A stretch of 64,000 bases of DNA from an uncultured virus (IMG/VR IMGVR_UViG_2773857995_000001) (IMGVR_UViG_2773857995_000001:1-64000), one strand, 5' to 3'; shown: positions 18,602 through 29,244, counted from the stretch's first letter. The notes: generated from the letters alone by a model not told the origin. Translations and numbers: made by a program.

Positions 18602-19645
18602 TTGACGAACACAAACGGAAGATCAGCCGCAAATTCACTGCGGGCACACATAAAAGAACCGACCACATACGCGCAGCAGATTGCGGACGAATTGGTCGAA
18701 TATCTGAACGAATGGCACTCGCTGCCGGAGCCGTGGGATAACGCCTTGGACGCGCAGATTCATAGATGGTATACCAATGCTCCGAAAGTCTTTGCGAAGA
18801 AACCGTATTTCTCACCGTCTGCTGCTAACGCTTGTCCACGCGAGCTTTACCATAAAGCGATCGGATCTCCGAGAGACGAAACGAAACAGCCTCCGTATCA
18901 AGGACGGTGGACTCGAATAGGTACGGCGATCGGCGACGTAATCCAGCGCGACATTCTCTTTATGGAAAAACATTTCGAGAAGAAGACCGGCCGCCCCTGT
19001 CCGTTTAGCTTCGAAAAGAACGAAGACGGCACGCCAATGTTCGAGGATTTCGCGAAAAAGAATCATCCGGTCACACATCGTGGCTACTCGTTCAATCTGT
19101 ACGGAACTTGCGACGGCATCATGCGGTATGTAACGGAAGACGGCGAAGTGCTGCGCGTCGGCCTCGAGATAAAGTCGAAGCAGACTACCGCCGCAAAGAC
19201 GTCCCTACATTCGATGCGTCAGCCGGAGGAAAAGCACGTCAAGCAGTGCGTCGCCTACGGTCCGATGTACGGCGTCGACCTGTACGTTATTCTCTACGTG
19301 AACGCGTCTAAGAAATCGTGGGTGTATCCGGAAGGAGAGTTCGAAAAGTCTCCGGATATGCGGGCGTTCGGCATCGAAATTACGGAAGAAGACGTCGAGC
19401 AGCTATTCGATAGATTCGTAGAGATTCGCAAATCTGTCGAGGAGGGAACGCCTTTACCGTTGGATCTGGACGGCTGGACGTTTAACGGATACAAGACGGC
19501 TATTGCGAAGTCGCTGACGGACGAAGAACTGGCGGAGATTCGCGCAAAAGTGTCGCAAGTACGGAGATCGAACGTCTATGACTCTACGAAACGGCAGTAC
19601 GTTGAGGCGCTCGAATTTATCGAAAGAGTGCGGGCAGATGAGTAG
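18602..19645 (+). CDS. Cas4-like/PD-(D/E)XK exonuclease
   Basis: SPSAANACPRELY; GTCDG...LEIKSK; QCVAY. Confidence 0.7.
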   Translation: MTNTNGRSAANSLRAHIKEPTTYAQQIADELVEYLNEWHSLPEPWDNALDAQIHRWYTNAPKVFAKKPYFSPSAANACPRELYHKAIGSPRDETKQPPYQGRWTRIGTAIGDVIQRDILFMEKHFEKKTGRPCPFSFEKNEDGTPMFEDFAKKNHPVTHRGYSFNLYGTCDGIMRYVTEDGEVLRVGLEIKSKQTTAAKTSLHSMRQPEEKHVKQCVAYGPMYGVDLYVILYVNASKKSWVYPEGEFEKSPDMRAFGIEITEEDVEQLFDRFVEIRKSVEEGTPLPLDLDGWTFNGYKTAIAKSLTDEELAEIRAKVSQVRRSNVYDSTKRQYVEALEFIERVRADE

Positions 19646-20198
19646 CTCCAAGCCTATCCGGGTCCTCGCATTCGACACGTCGATGACCTGCCCCGGCGTC
19701 GCAATCATCGAGGTACGTAATCGAAAGCCTACGATCAAAGCGCTGTCGCACGTCAAGCCAAACCCTAGCCGGTCCCATGCGCATCGAGCCGAAGTTATCG
19801 AAGGGTGGGCGATGATGTTTCTCGATAAAAATTGTCCGCGCGATGGCTTCGACTATGTGGTGCGGGAGGACTTCGCAGGCAAAACGTCGACCTCGAACTA
19901 TCCGGTTCTGGCGGCGTGGAACGCGTGCGAACGAGCAACGTCGCGATTCGGGTTAACATTCGATAAGTTCCGGAAGCCTGGAAAACGTACACCAGACCTC
20001 GGAATACCCGCAACGACGGTTAAGTCTATGGTGGCTGGATCGGGCAAGGCGGAAAAAGACGAATTGCAGGCGGCGGTGCGTCGTATGACCGGATACAAGG
20101 GCGAGTTTGCAAACTTCGATGAAAGCGATGCGGCAGCGATTGGGCTTGCGTGGCTGATTCACGAAGGTTTGATAGATAAACCGAAGGAGGGCGAGTAG
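19638..20198 (+). CDS. RuvC-like Holliday junction resolvase
   Basis: LAFDTSMTCPG; VREDF; GSGKAEKDE; DESDAAAI. Confidence 0.85.
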   Translation: MSSSKPIRVLAFDTSMTCPGVAIIEVRNRKPTIKALSHVKPNPSRSHAHRAEVIEGWAMMFLDKNCPRDGFDYVVREDFAGKTSTSNYPVLAAWNACERATSRFGLTFDKFRKPGKRTPDLGIPATTVKSMVAGSGKAEKDELQAAVRRMTGYKGEFANFDESDAAAIGLAWLIHEGLIDKPKEGE

Positions 20199-20486
20199 AT
20201 GGACGTTTTAAAAATGTTTGGGGAAGTAGTTGAATCGAACGGGTTTAAGAAAGTTTTCGCGAAAATTGCGATTGAGCAGGCGCTGAATGACGCCGAAACG
20301 CAAGGGGCAGAAGCGTATCAATCATTACTGGAACAGTTAGACGAACAGGCTTCGTTTACAGTAGAGGAAAAAGCGGATTTCATTCGGAGATTAAACGCAG
20401 CTTGTACTAGGGCTGGAGAAGAAGTAATTCGAAATCTAAAGGCGCAGGCTTACGATGAGAAACAGGCTGAGGAGGTCAACAAGTAA
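20199..20486 (+). CDS. Hypothetical protein
   Basis: ORF with SD. Confidence 0.65.
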   Translation: MDVLKMFGEVVESNGFKKVFAKIAIEQALNDAETQGAEAYQSLLEQLDEQASFTVEEKADFIRRLNAACTRAGEEVIRNLKAQAYDEKQAEEVNK

Positions 20487-20851
20487 TGGATAAAGCGATG
20501 GAGTATATCGATAAGCTGGCGGCAAAGCTCGGAGTGGCTGCCGATCATGTATACGGAGTTCTCGTAAAGCAGGCATTCGCAACCGGTGTGACTGATTCGA
20601 TTATCGGGTTCGTTTTTCTAATGATCGCAGTTATTGCGGGAGTCATAATTACGAAGATGACTATAAAGATGTATGGGGAGCGGCATTGTAATTGGGATTA
20701 CGAATGGTTTTTCGTGGCTCTTACTTTCGGTCTGTCAGTGGTTCTTCCGGGAGGGTTCGGTATTTACGCGATCACCGAAGGAATCAAAGGACTAATCAAT
20801 CCGGAATACTACGCGATCAAAGAAATCCTCGACACGATCGGAGGGAAGTGA
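20486..20851 (+). CDS. Phage membrane protein
   Basis: Two TM helices; NPEYYAIKEIL. Confidence 0.75.
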   Translation: MDKAMEYIDKLAAKLGVAADHVYGVLVKQAFATGVTDSIIGFVFLMIAVIAGVIITKMTIKMYGERHCNWDYEWFFVALTFGLSVVLPGGFGIYAITEGIKGLINPEYYAIKEILDTIGGK

Positions 20852-20855
20852 TCGA

Positions 20856-21113
20856 ATGTTTAAGCAGCGACTTATCGAAGCGTTAGCGATCGTTGCAATA
20901 ATCATTCTGAGTGTCACGGGAGGAGTTATCGGGTATTTAGCCACTAATTTTCTGCTCGCGATTCCGGTTATTGGTGCGATTGTTTGGGTCGTTTTAAGTA
21001 TCGTAGCAGTTTTCATAGTAGCGCTAATTATCTGCGGCAGTGCTGTCCGTCTACACGACGCCTATCGCGAACACAAACGCGTTAAAAAGGACGCAGAGGA
21101 GGAAACTCGATGA
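20856..21113 (+). CDS. Membrane protein
   Basis: Two TM helices. Confidence 0.65.
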   Translation: MFKQRLIEALAIVAIIILSVTGGVIGYLATNFLLAIPVIGAIVWVVLSIVAVFIVALIICGSAVRLHDAYREHKRVKKDAEEETR

Positions 21114-21310
21114 CCTACGAATGCTACGGCGTACCGGCCGCACAGTTACGGCAGTCCTTGCGATGGCTTGACGAACAACTTATCGATGTTGATTACGCAA
21201 TCAGCCGACACGATACGAAGCTGAGCGAGTTGAAAAACGAGCGTGACCGGATTCTGGCGCGAAAAGACGAAATAGAGGCGGAATTAAAACGAAGGGAGTC
21301 GATCGAATGA
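21110..21310 (+). CDS. Coiled-coil hypothetical protein
   Basis: ATGA overlap; SD. Confidence 0.6.
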   Translation: MTYECYGVPAAQLRQSLRWLDEQLIDVDYAISRHDTKLSELKNERDRILARKDEIEAELKRRESIE

Positions 21311-21495
21311 CACGCGGAGAAATCGAAAGCAGAATAGCGGAGCTTGAGTCGGAAATTGATACGTACGAGAACGAGATCGAGTATCTCCGAGACGATATTC
21401 GGTACCTCGAAGATGCGATCGAGACGGTGGAGGACGAAATCGACGAACTACAGTACGAACTATCGAAATTAGAAGACGGAGATGATTCCGAATGA
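21307..21495 (+). CDS. Highly acidic coiled-coil protein
   Basis: ATGA overlap; E/D-rich heptads. Confidence 0.6.
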   Translation: MTRGEIESRIAELESEIDTYENEIEYLRDDIRYLEDAIETVEDEIDELQYELSKLEDGDDSE

Positions 21496-21641
21496 CATAC
21501 GTTGCGATAGCGTGCTTACTTTTCTTTATGTGGATTGGGTTAACGGTCGAAGCGAAAACCACGAGAGCTAAGCTCGCAAAGGTAGTCGTCCTAATTATGT
21601 ACGCAATTCCTATCGGAGTGTTGGTGGCGTCGCTATGCTAA
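21492..21641 (+). CDS. Small membrane protein (49 aa)
   Basis: ATGA overlap; two hydrophobic segments. Confidence 0.5.
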   Translation: MTYVAIACLLFFMWIGLTVEAKTTRAKLAKVVVLIMYAIPIGVLVASLC

Positions 21642-21997
21642 TCGCCTATTACTCGCTGGCCGGAAACGTCCGCCGATTCGTAGCCAAGACCGGCCTGCCT
21701 GCGGTCGAAATCAAGTCGGACTTGATGCTGACGGAGCCGTTCGTCTTGGTAACGGGGACTTACGGCTTCGGTCAGGTCGCTGGCACCGTTTGGGACTTCC
21801 TCGCGGACAATGGCGATTTAATGGCGGGCGTGGCTGCGTCAGGCAATCGTAACTGGGGCGATAACTTCGCCAAGGCTGCGGACTTGATTGCGGAAGAGTA
21901 CGGAGTGCCGATCGTCCACAAGTTCGAACTTGCGGGCACGGCGGAGGATGTCGCTAAAGTTCGCGAGTTTGTGAGCGAATATTTACGGAAAGGGTGA
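21635..21997 (+). CDS. nrdI: Class Ib RNR flavodoxin NrdI
   Basis: YYSLAGNVRRFV; TYGFGQV; ASGNRNWG; KFELAG. Confidence 0.95.
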   Translation: MLIAYYSLAGNVRRFVAKTGLPAVEIKSDLMLTEPFVLVTGTYGFGQVAGTVWDFLADNGDLMAGVAASGNRNWGDNFAKAADLIAEEYGVPIVHKFELAGTAEDVAKVREFVSEYLRKG

Positions 21998-22003
21998 GAG
22001 CTA

Positions 22004-24103
22004 TTGACGAATAAGCACGCGAAGTATATCGAACTTAATAACGAAATTATGATACGGAAGAACGGCGGCTTTCAATTCGAAAAGGATGCCGAAGCCGTCC
22101 GTAGTTATTTCATAGATTACGTGAATCAGAATACGGTATTTTTCCACGATCTGCGCGAAAAGCTCGATTATCTGATCGATAACGATTACTACGAGCGCGA
22201 AGTCTTCGAGCCGTATACGTTTGACGAGATCAAAGCGGTCTACAAGGCGGCTTATGCGCACAAATTCCGTTTCCCTTCGTTTATGAGTGCGTTTAAGTTC
22301 TACAACGACTATGCGCTCAAGACGAACGATAAGAAGAAGATCCTCGAACGCTATGAAGACCGCATCGCCATCTGTGCGCTGTTCTTCGCGAAAGGAGACG
22401 CAGCAAAGGCGATCGAGTTTGCGGAAATGATGATCCGTCAGGAATATCAACCGGCCACGCCAACGTTCTTGAATGCCGGTCGGAAGCGACGCGGAGAGTT
22501 AGTGTCGTGCTTCCTTCTCGAAGTTAACGATTCCTTAAACGATATTCAAATGGCGATCGGAACAGCGATGCAACTTTCGAAAATGGGCGGAGGCGTAAGT
22601 TTGAATTTATCGAAGTTGCGAGCGAAAGGTGAATCGATCAAAGGAATCGAGAACGTAACGAAGGGCGTCGTTGGAGTTATGAAACTCCTCGATAATGCCT
22701 TCCGCTATGCAGATCAGCAAGGCGCAAGAGCGGGGGCAGGAGCAGCATATTTGAACGTGTTCCATCGCGATATCAACGATTTCCTCGATACCAAAAAGAT
22801 TAACGCAGATGAAGACGTCCGGGTCAAGACGCTGTCGATCGGCGTTGTCATTCCGGATAAGTTCATCGAACTAGCTCGAGATGACCGGGACGCATATGTT
22901 TTCTATCCACATACGGTCTATAAGGAATACGGAAAACATCTTGACGAAATGGATATCGGAGAAATGTACGACAAACTCGTCGAGAATCCGAATGTCCGCA
23001 AAGATAAAATCAATCCGCGTCAGCTACTCGAAAAGCTCGCGATTCTGCGGTCCGAATCGGGATATCCGTACATCATGTTCGAAGATAACGTAAACGCTGC
23101 TCATGCGCTGAATCACATTTCGAAGGTTAAATTTTCGAATTTGTGTTCGGAGGTGCTTCAGGCATCGCAGGTATCCGAGTACTCCGACTACGGCGAAGAG
23201 GACGCAATCGGTCTCGACATCTCGTGCAATCTCGGCTCGCTGAACATTGCGAACGTCATGGCGAACAAGTCGATCGAGCAAACGGTTAAGCTCGCGGTCG
23301 ATTCGCTGACGGTCGTATCGGAATCAACGAATATCAAGAACGCGCCGGCAGTCGCGAAGGCTAACCGTCAGATGCGTTCGATCGGACTCGGAGCGATGAA
23401 CCTGCACGGATATCTTGCGCAGAATGGGATCGCTTATGAATCGGAAGAGGCTCGCGACTTCGCTAACGTATTCTTTGCGCTCGTTAATTATTGGTCGCTG
23501 GTGCGGTCGATGGAGCTTGCGAAGGAAACCGGAAGCACGTTCGAGGGATTCGAAGGATCAACGTATGCAGACGGCAGCTACTTCGATAAGTACGTCGCGG
23601 GAGACTTCCGTCCTAAAACGGAGAAAGTCGCGAAGCTGTTTGAAGGCGTTGAAATTCCGGAACGCATCGATTGGGTTCGCTTGGAGGTTAACGTTATGCT
23701 CCACGGACTCTACCATTCGTATAGACTCGCGATTGCACCGACGGGATCTATTTCGTATGTGCAGTCGGCTACGGCGTCAGTCATGCCGATTATGGAGCGT
23801 ATTGAGGAACGGACATACGGAAACTCCAAGACGTATTATCCGATGCCGGGGCTAAGTGCGAAGAATTGGTTCTTCTACAAGGAAGCGTACGACATGGATA
23901 TGTTTAAAGTCGTCGATATGATCGCGACAATTCAGCAGCATGTCGATCAAGGCATTTCATTTACGCTGTTCCTGAAGGATACGATGACGACACGCGATCT
24001 AAACCGAATTGACCTATACGCACATCACAAAGGGATCAAGACGCTGTATTATGCGCGGACTAAAGATACGGGGCAGGAAGGTTGCCTGTCATGCGTGGTT
24101 TAA
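22004..24103 (+). CDS. nrdE: Class Ib ribonucleotide reductase alpha subunit
   Basis: PATPTFLNAG; SCFLL; SNLCSE; APTGSIS; C-terminal CLSC. Confidence 0.97.
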   Translation: MTNKHAKYIELNNEIMIRKNGGFQFEKDAEAVRSYFIDYVNQNTVFFHDLREKLDYLIDNDYYEREVFEPYTFDEIKAVYKAAYAHKFRFPSFMSAFKFYNDYALKTNDKKKILERYEDRIAICALFFAKGDAAKAIEFAEMMIRQEYQPATPTFLNAGRKRRGELVSCFLLEVNDSLNDIQMAIGTAMQLSKMGGGVSLNLSKLRAKGESIKGIENVTKGVVGVMKLLDNAFRYADQQGARAGAGAAYLNVFHRDINDFLDTKKINADEDVRVKTLSIGVVIPDKFIELARDDRDAYVFYPHTVYKEYGKHLDEMDIGEMYDKLVENPNVRKDKINPRQLLEKLAILRSESGYPYIMFEDNVNAAHALNHISKVKFSNLCSEVLQASQVSEYSDYGEEDAIGLDISCNLGSLNIANVMANKSIEQTVKLAVDSLTVVSESTNIKNAPAVAKANRQMRSIGLGAMNLHGYLAQNGIAYESEEARDFANVFFALVNYWSLVRSMELAKETGSTFEGFEGSTYADGSYFDKYVAGDFRPKTEKVAKLFEGVEIPERIDWVRLEVNVMLHGLYHSYRLAIAPTGSISYVQSATASVMPIMERIEERTYGNSKTYYPMPGLSAKNWFFYKEAYDMDMFKVVDMIATIQQHVDQGISFTLFLKDTMTTRDLNRIDLYAHHKGIKTLYYARTKDTGQEGCLSCVV

Positions 24104-24134
24104 ATTATCAGATTGATAGGAGGTGGTATTGATA

Positions 24135-24467
24135 GTGAGCGAACCAACTAATTTCGTTAAGGTTTACTGCGATCTCATTTTGAAGAAAATCGCATCGAAC
24201 ATACTCTCTAATCAAAACAAGAAAACAAAAGCCTTAAATATAGCTATGAAAACAGCCGAAACAGGGCAACAAGTCAGAACAGCGAGGCATTGGCGAGCGG
24301 TGGGAGACATTGAATTTTACTACGAGGAAATCCAAAAAGGATTTCAGCAAATGAAGGATCTTGATGAATTAACCGGGTGGAGCGAGAACTTGCATCAAGA
24401 CAGGTTTAAGTTCATGCGAGATAAATATGAAGACATATTGAACGAATATTTAAGCAGACGCAGCTAG
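24135..24467 (+). CDS. Hypothetical protein between nrdE and nrdF (start uncertain, 24123-24135)
   Basis: ORF with GGAGG SD. Confidence 0.6.
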   Translation: MSEPTNFVKVYCDLILKKIASNILSNQNKKTKALNIAMKTAETGQQVRTARHWRAVGDIEFYYEEIQKGFQQMKDLDELTGWSENLHQDRFKFMRDKYEDILNEYLSRRS

Positions 24468-24505
24468 TAAATCCGAACAATAACAAAAAGAAGGAGGACG
24501 AATAA

Positions 24506-25474
24506 TTGACGCAATATACAGCGGCCAACTGGTCGCAACACGAAGATGGATTCACACAGATGTTTTACGAACAGAACGTTAAGCAGTTTTGGCTTCCGGA
24601 AGAGATTTCGCTGAATGGCGACCTTCTAACGTGGAAGTATCTCGGCGCTAACGAACAGGATACGTATATGAAAGTTCTCGCGGGTCTAACGCTACTCGAC
24701 ACGGAACAAGGAAACACGGGAATGCCGTTAATTGCCGCCCAGGTATCCGGTCATCAGCGCAAAGCCGTCCTGAACTTTATGGCGATGATGGAAAACGCAG
24801 TCCATGCGAAGTCGTATTCGAACATCTTCATGACGCTTGCGCCAACGGAGAAAATTACGGAACTGTTCGAATGGGTGAAGACGAATCGATACTTGCAGCG
24901 AAAAGCCGAAGTCATTGGTGGGCTATACAACGCGATTAAACCAGGCGATGACATTTCGCTTTACAAGGCGATGGTCGCTTCTGTCTATCTCGAAAGCTTC
25001 CTGTTCTATAGCGGCTTTTATTATCCGTTATATTTCTACGGTCAAGGAAAACTGATGAACAGCGGCGAGATCATTAATTTGATTATCCGCGACGAAGCGA
25101 TCCACGGCGTCTATGTCGGCTTACTCGCGCAGGAAATTTATAATCGTCAGTCTCCGGACGTACAGCTCGAACTACGCGACTTTGCTATCGAATTGCTTGC
25201 GAAACTCTACGAAAACGAGATCGCCTACACCGAGGATCTTTACGATCAAGTCGGACTGACTCACGACGTTAAAAAGTTCGTCCGATACAACGGAAACAAA
25301 GCGTTGATGAATCTCGGCTTCGATCCTTACTTTGCCGATGAAACACCGAACCCGATTGTAATGAACGGGTTAAGTACAAAAACAAAGTCCCACGACTTCT
25401 TCAGTCAAAAGGGAAATTCTTACAAAAAGGCTACAGTCGAGGCGCTCCAGGACAGCGATTTCTATTTCGAGTAA
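24506..25474 (+). CDS. nrdF: Class Ib ribonucleotide reductase beta subunit
   Basis: [37 protein letters not shown]. Confidence 0.97.
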   Translation: MTQYTAANWSQHEDGFTQMFYEQNVKQFWLPEEISLNGDLLTWKYLGANEQDTYMKVLAGLTLLDTEQGNTGMPLIAAQVSGHQRKAVLNFMAMMENAVHAKSYSNIFMTLAPTEKITELFEWVKTNRYLQRKAEVIGGLYNAIKPGDDISLYKAMVASVYLESFLFYSGFYYPLYFYGQGKLMNSGEIINLIIRDEAIHGVYVGLLAQEIYNRQSPDVQLELRDFAIELLAKLYENEIAYTEDLYDQVGLTHDVKKFVRYNGNKALMNLGFDPYFADETPNPIVMNGLSTKTKSHDFFSQKGNSYKKATVEALQDSDFYFE

Positions 25475-25524
25475 GCGTCCATTAACGAAAATATATACGC
25501 AAATATTAACGAGGAGGTTTTCGA

Positions 25525-26079
25525 ATGAACGTAAATATTAAACGCCTGTCACCCGATGCACAAATTCCTCAATATGCTCATGCTTCCGACGCTTGCTTCG
25601 ACCTAGTAGCGGTAGAAGACGTCATTATCGAGCCGGGAAAAACCGCGCTAGTCAAAACGGGGCTAGCATTCGAGATTCCGGAAGGCTACGAAATGCAGAT
25701 TCGGCCGCGTTCGGGCATTACATTGAAGACGCCTTTACGCGTTCAGCTCGGTACAGTTGACGCGGGCTATCGGGGCGAGGTCGGAGTGGTTGTCGATAAT
25801 ATCTCGCCGTTAAATATGGAAGTTCCCTTCGACTATGGACCGATAATGGTTACCGGAGAGATTTATAGAATGAACGGAGAATTGCCGCAGTTTTCGTACA
25901 TTATCCGCAAAGGCGATCGTATCGCCCAAGCCGTAATTAAGCCGGTCGAGCAGGCGGCTTTTACGGAAGTTGATGCGCTCGGCGATAGCGATAGAGGTGC
26001 GGACGGTTTCGGGAGTAGCGGCGTCGGAAGTCCGCACCCGGAATATTTCGGAGGGCTGATGGGAAAGGAGCTGATATAA
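25525..26079 (+). CDS. dut: Trimeric dUTPase
   Basis: ACFDL; RPRSG; GTVDAGYRGE; RIAQ; RGADGFGSSG. Confidence 0.95.
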   Translation: MNVNIKRLSPDAQIPQYAHASDACFDLVAVEDVIIEPGKTALVKTGLAFEIPEGYEMQIRPRSGITLKTPLRVQLGTVDAGYRGEVGVVVDNISPLNMEVPFDYGPIMVTGEIYRMNGELPQFSYIIRKGDRIAQAVIKPVEQAAFTEVDALGDSDRGADGFGSSGVGSPHPEYFGGLMGKELI

Positions 26080-26306
26080 TGGCGCAAACATACGCCTGTT
26101 TCTTGAACGGAAAATTCTATGGCGCGGGCGACCTCGACTATATGAACGAGCTGTTTCGCGATTATGTTGTCACTCACGGGTTTTACGGAAAAGACGATTG
26201 TACCTTTCGGATCACTACGAAAGAGAAGGCGTGGGACATAGTTACGCAATCTATTAACGAACAATACCGAAGAGTTTTCGAAAGTCTAGCGAAGGAGGAC
26301 GAATAA
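26079..26306 (+). CDS. Hypothetical protein
   Basis: TAATG coupling; SD. Confidence 0.65.
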   Translation: MAQTYACFLNGKFYGAGDLDYMNELFRDYVVTHGFYGKDDCTFRITTKEKAWDIVTQSINEQYRRVFESLAKEDE

Positions 26307-27080
26307 ATGGCGGAAACTAAAATGAACGTACAACTAATCGCCCATACACTAGTTTCAGAGAAATTTGCGAAAATGTTCGCGCTTAACGAAACTGAGGACG
26401 CATTGACTGACGTTGGCGAATTATTTCGTGAGGGCGTAACTGACGGCCAAGCGGTCGCCCTAACCGCAATCAGAACGTGCTACAGCGCCAACAAGCCGTC
26501 TGAAATCGTCGCAAAGGAAGGCGCCAAGTATTTCGGCTCCAAAGCGTCAGATGGCGGCGCAGGCACCGACGCCGACCGCCTATTCCGAATGATCGTCCGT
26601 TCCGGTCACACGTCGACCCTCGAACACCTAACGTTCACCTTTGCGATTGAAGGCGTAAGCCGGGCGTTATTGGCGCAGCTTACGCGGCATCGCGTCGGTT
26701 TTAGTTTCAGCGTCCAGTCACAGCGGTACGTGCGGATGGGAAGCAATGATAAGATCGGCGGGTTTGATTACGTAATACCAGATAAAATCGATGATCCGGA
26801 AGCTGACGCCGTTTTTATCGCGGCAATGCAAGACGCACAGCGGAAATATGACGAATTGAGAGCGTTAGGAGTGCCTGCGGAAGATGCCCGCGCCGTCCTA
26901 CCGCAAGCAGCCGCAACTAATCTCGTAATGACTGTGAATCTACGGTCGTTACTCGAATTCTATTCGAAACGTAAGCCGGGCAAAGGTGCGCAAAAGGAGA
27001 TCGCTGACCTAGCGGAAGCCTTGCGTCAGGAAGTCGTTAATGTAGAGCCATGGACGAACCAATTCTTCGAGGAGGTGTAA
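26307..27080 (+). CDS. thyX: Flavin-dependent thymidylate synthase
   Basis: GHTSTLEH; QLTRHRVGFSFSVQSQRY; EDARAVLP; AQKEI. Confidence 0.95.
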   Translation: MAETKMNVQLIAHTLVSEKFAKMFALNETEDALTDVGELFREGVTDGQAVALTAIRTCYSANKPSEIVAKEGAKYFGSKASDGGAGTDADRLFRMIVRSGHTSTLEHLTFTFAIEGVSRALLAQLTRHRVGFSFSVQSQRYVRMGSNDKIGGFDYVIPDKIDDPEADAVFIAAMQDAQRKYDELRALGVPAEDARAVLPQAAATNLVMTVNLRSLLEFYSKRKPGKGAQKEIADLAEALRQEVVNVEPWTNQFFEEV

Positions 27081-27082
27081 GC

Positions 27083-27619
27083 ATCGGTATCCTAACGAAT
27101 TTCACGCTAACAGCGCAGCTATTCTCCGGACATTGTCCGGCAGAGCAGCCGCCAAAGCCGCCATGGCTTACGCCAGAGGAAGCGGCCATACAACGCAACG
27201 AAGAATTAACGAAAGAGATAACGAAAAAGGACGCGCAGATACAGGCGCTTGTGGACGAAATCAAGGCGCTGAAGAAAGCGAAGAAGCCGACCGCCACTAA
27301 AACGTCAGCATGGCGGACTTTCACCGCAACAGCTTATACGGCCTTTTGTGCGGAAGGCTGCACCGGCATCACCAAAACGGGAGTCGACGTCAGCCATTCG
27401 ATCTATTACGAAGGAGCGCGCGTCATAGCGGTTGATCCGTCTGTGATTGCGCTTGGCTCTACGGTTGAAGTCCGGCTCGCTGACGGATCGAGCTTTCGGG
27501 CAAAGGCGATTGACACGGGAAGCGCAATTAAAGGCGCACGGCTCGACCTATTGGTCGCGAATGAAGCCGACGCAGTACAGTTCGGCCGGCAGTCGGTAGA
27601 ATTGCGGGTGATCAAATGA
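27083..27619 (+). CDS. 3D-domain protein (cell-wall/lytic transglycosylase-like); proposed ATC start
   Basis: ATAYT..GITKTG..IAVDPSVIALGS..AIDTGSAIKGARLDL; GAGGAGG 7 nt before ATC. Confidence 0.8.
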   Translation: MGILTNFTLTAQLFSGHCPAEQPPKPPWLTPEEAAIQRNEELTKEITKKDAQIQALVDEIKALKKAKKPTATKTSAWRTFTATAYTAFCAEGCTGITKTGVDVSHSIYYEGARVIAVDPSVIALGSTVEVRLADGSSFRAKAIDTGSAIKGARLDLLVANEADAVQFGRQSVELRVIK

Positions 27620-27790
27620 AAATCGAATATGTTCCGGAATTAGACGCTTACCGCGTAGGGGCTTATCACAGCAGATAGAGAGGTTGCCGAGGAATTTCTA
27701 CGGATGGCGGAGGAACTCGCAAAAGCCGGGCATATGGCGCGAGATATACCGGAACCAAAATCGCGACCGGAGTGCGTAAAACGAAAATAA
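27616..27790 (+). pseudogene. Small gene apparently frameshifted at GGGG (27658-27661)
   Basis: MKIEYVPELDAYRVG stops early; +1 frame continues LITADREVAEEFLRMAEELAK... to TAA 27790. Confidence 0.4.
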
Positions 27791-27806
27791 ACGGGAGGTT
27801 GAACTA

Positions 27807-28262
27807 ATGAAACGGATTTTAGACGCATGCTGTGGAAGCCGTATGTTCTGGTTTAATAAGCAGCACGATGATGTTTGCTACATGGACATACGGCAACTAA
27901 GCGATACATTAAGCGATGGTAGAAAGTTAGAGGTGAGCCCTGATGTATTAGCCGACTTCCGAAACATGCCGTTTGAGGACAATTCGTTTTATCTAGTCGT
28001 TTTTGATCCTCCACACTTACTTAAAGCTGGCGAAGGTTCTTGGTTGGCCAAGAAGTACGGAAAGCTTGAAGAAAATTGGAAATATGATATTGCGCAAGGG
28101 TTTAGAGAATGTATGAGAGTGCTGAAACCAAACGGCACGCTTGTTTTCAAATGGAATGAAGATCAAATCAAATTAAGCGAGATTCTTAAAGCCATAGATT
28201 TTAAACCGCTATTCGGAAACCGGAGAAGTAAAACACATTGGCTTGTGTTTATGAAAGATTAA
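27807..28262 (+). CDS. Small SAM-dependent (amino-type DNA) methyltransferase
   Basis: ILDACCGSRMFW; VVFDPPH; RVLKPNG. Confidence 0.85.
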   Translation: MKRILDACCGSRMFWFNKQHDDVCYMDIRQLSDTLSDGRKLEVSPDVLADFRNMPFEDNSFYLVVFDPPHLLKAGEGSWLAKKYGKLEENWKYDIAQGFRECMRVLKPNGTLVFKWNEDQIKLSEILKAIDFKPLFGNRRSKTHWLVFMKD

Positions 28263-28278
28263 ATAGGAGGGCGATATT

Positions 28279-29244
28279 ATGACGAAAACTAACGAAAAAA
28301 TTCACGTATTGGCTGACGAATCACTTGGCGGAATCAAACGCGAATATGTAGAGGTCGATAGGAAGGCGAAGGTTGGCGATATGGTAGTACTTCCAGGCGA
28401 GGGCAATTCGGCAGAGCATGTTGTAGAAGTCCGAGGTTTTGAGGGCGACTATAAACTCGAAAGCGGGTTTTATATACGTCAGGATTTCGTAAATACTCTC
28501 GAACCGACCAACATCGTCCACATTGACGGACCTGACGGTACGGAGCGCTACGAAATGGTCGACCGCAAGGCGGAAGTAGGCGAGAAGATTGTCGTTGTAG
28601 ATGACGAGGATTCTTCGGAGGAGTTCGGAAATTTTCGAATTGGTGAAGTAGGTACGGTTGAAAGCTACGCAACGGATGACACTTACTTCGGTGAATACGC
28701 TAATGTGCGAGTGTCGGACGAAAGGGATATTCCACTATATTTACATGAGTATCGCGTCCTTGTCCCGTTAGAATCCTCCGAAGAACAACCGCAGCCGTCC
28801 GACCCGATCGACGTTATCGCTAACCTAGCGACGCGTGTTGCGGAATTGGAACGTGAGAATAAACGGATCAAGGAAGACCTCGGATGGGACGAAATGGGTC
28901 CGGGTAGAATCGCCAATCTACGGAATGACGTTTCGGATATTCGCCACGATATCGCTAAGCTGGAGGATAGAATCGTACACGATTATGCTACAAACGAGGA
29001 TGTGACCGATTTTCTATACGAAAAAGTTAAACGTCTACAAGACGAAATCGACACGCTGCACAAAGACAACCGGAGGCACGGCGAAGAATTAGCGAAAATT
29101 AAGGATCGTATTGACGATTTTCAAGACGCTGAAAATGACCGGATCTACAATCTTTACGCCATTACAAACGGTAAGAGGGATGAAAAGGTGTTCACAGCCG
29201 AAGAGGTTGCCGCACTTCTTAACGCAATGAGGGAACGCCGATGA
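28279..29244 (+). CDS. Phage protein with duplicated beta domain plus coiled coil
   Basis: YVEVDRKAKVGD and YEMVDRKAEVGE repeats. Confidence 0.7.
   Translation: MTKTNEKIHVLADESLGGIKREYVEVDRKAKVGDMVVLPGEGNSAEHVVEVRGFEGDYKLESGFYIRQDFVNTLEPTNIVHIDGPDGTERYEMVDRKAEVGEKIVVVDDEDSSEEFGNFRIGEVGTVESYATDDTYFGEYANVRVSDERDIPLYLHEYRVLVPLESSEEQPQPSDPIDVIANLATRVAELERENKRIKEDLGWDEMGPGRIANLRNDVSDIRHDIAKLEDRIVHDYATNEDVTDFLYEKVKRLQDEIDTLHKDNRRHGEELAKIKDRIDDFQDAENDRIYNLYAITNGKRDEKVFTAEEVAALLNAMRERR

Noticed and set aside
22004..25474. Introns or inteins in nrdE/nrdF as in SPbeta
   Set aside because: Both ORFs are continuous and of ordinary length (699 and 322 aa).
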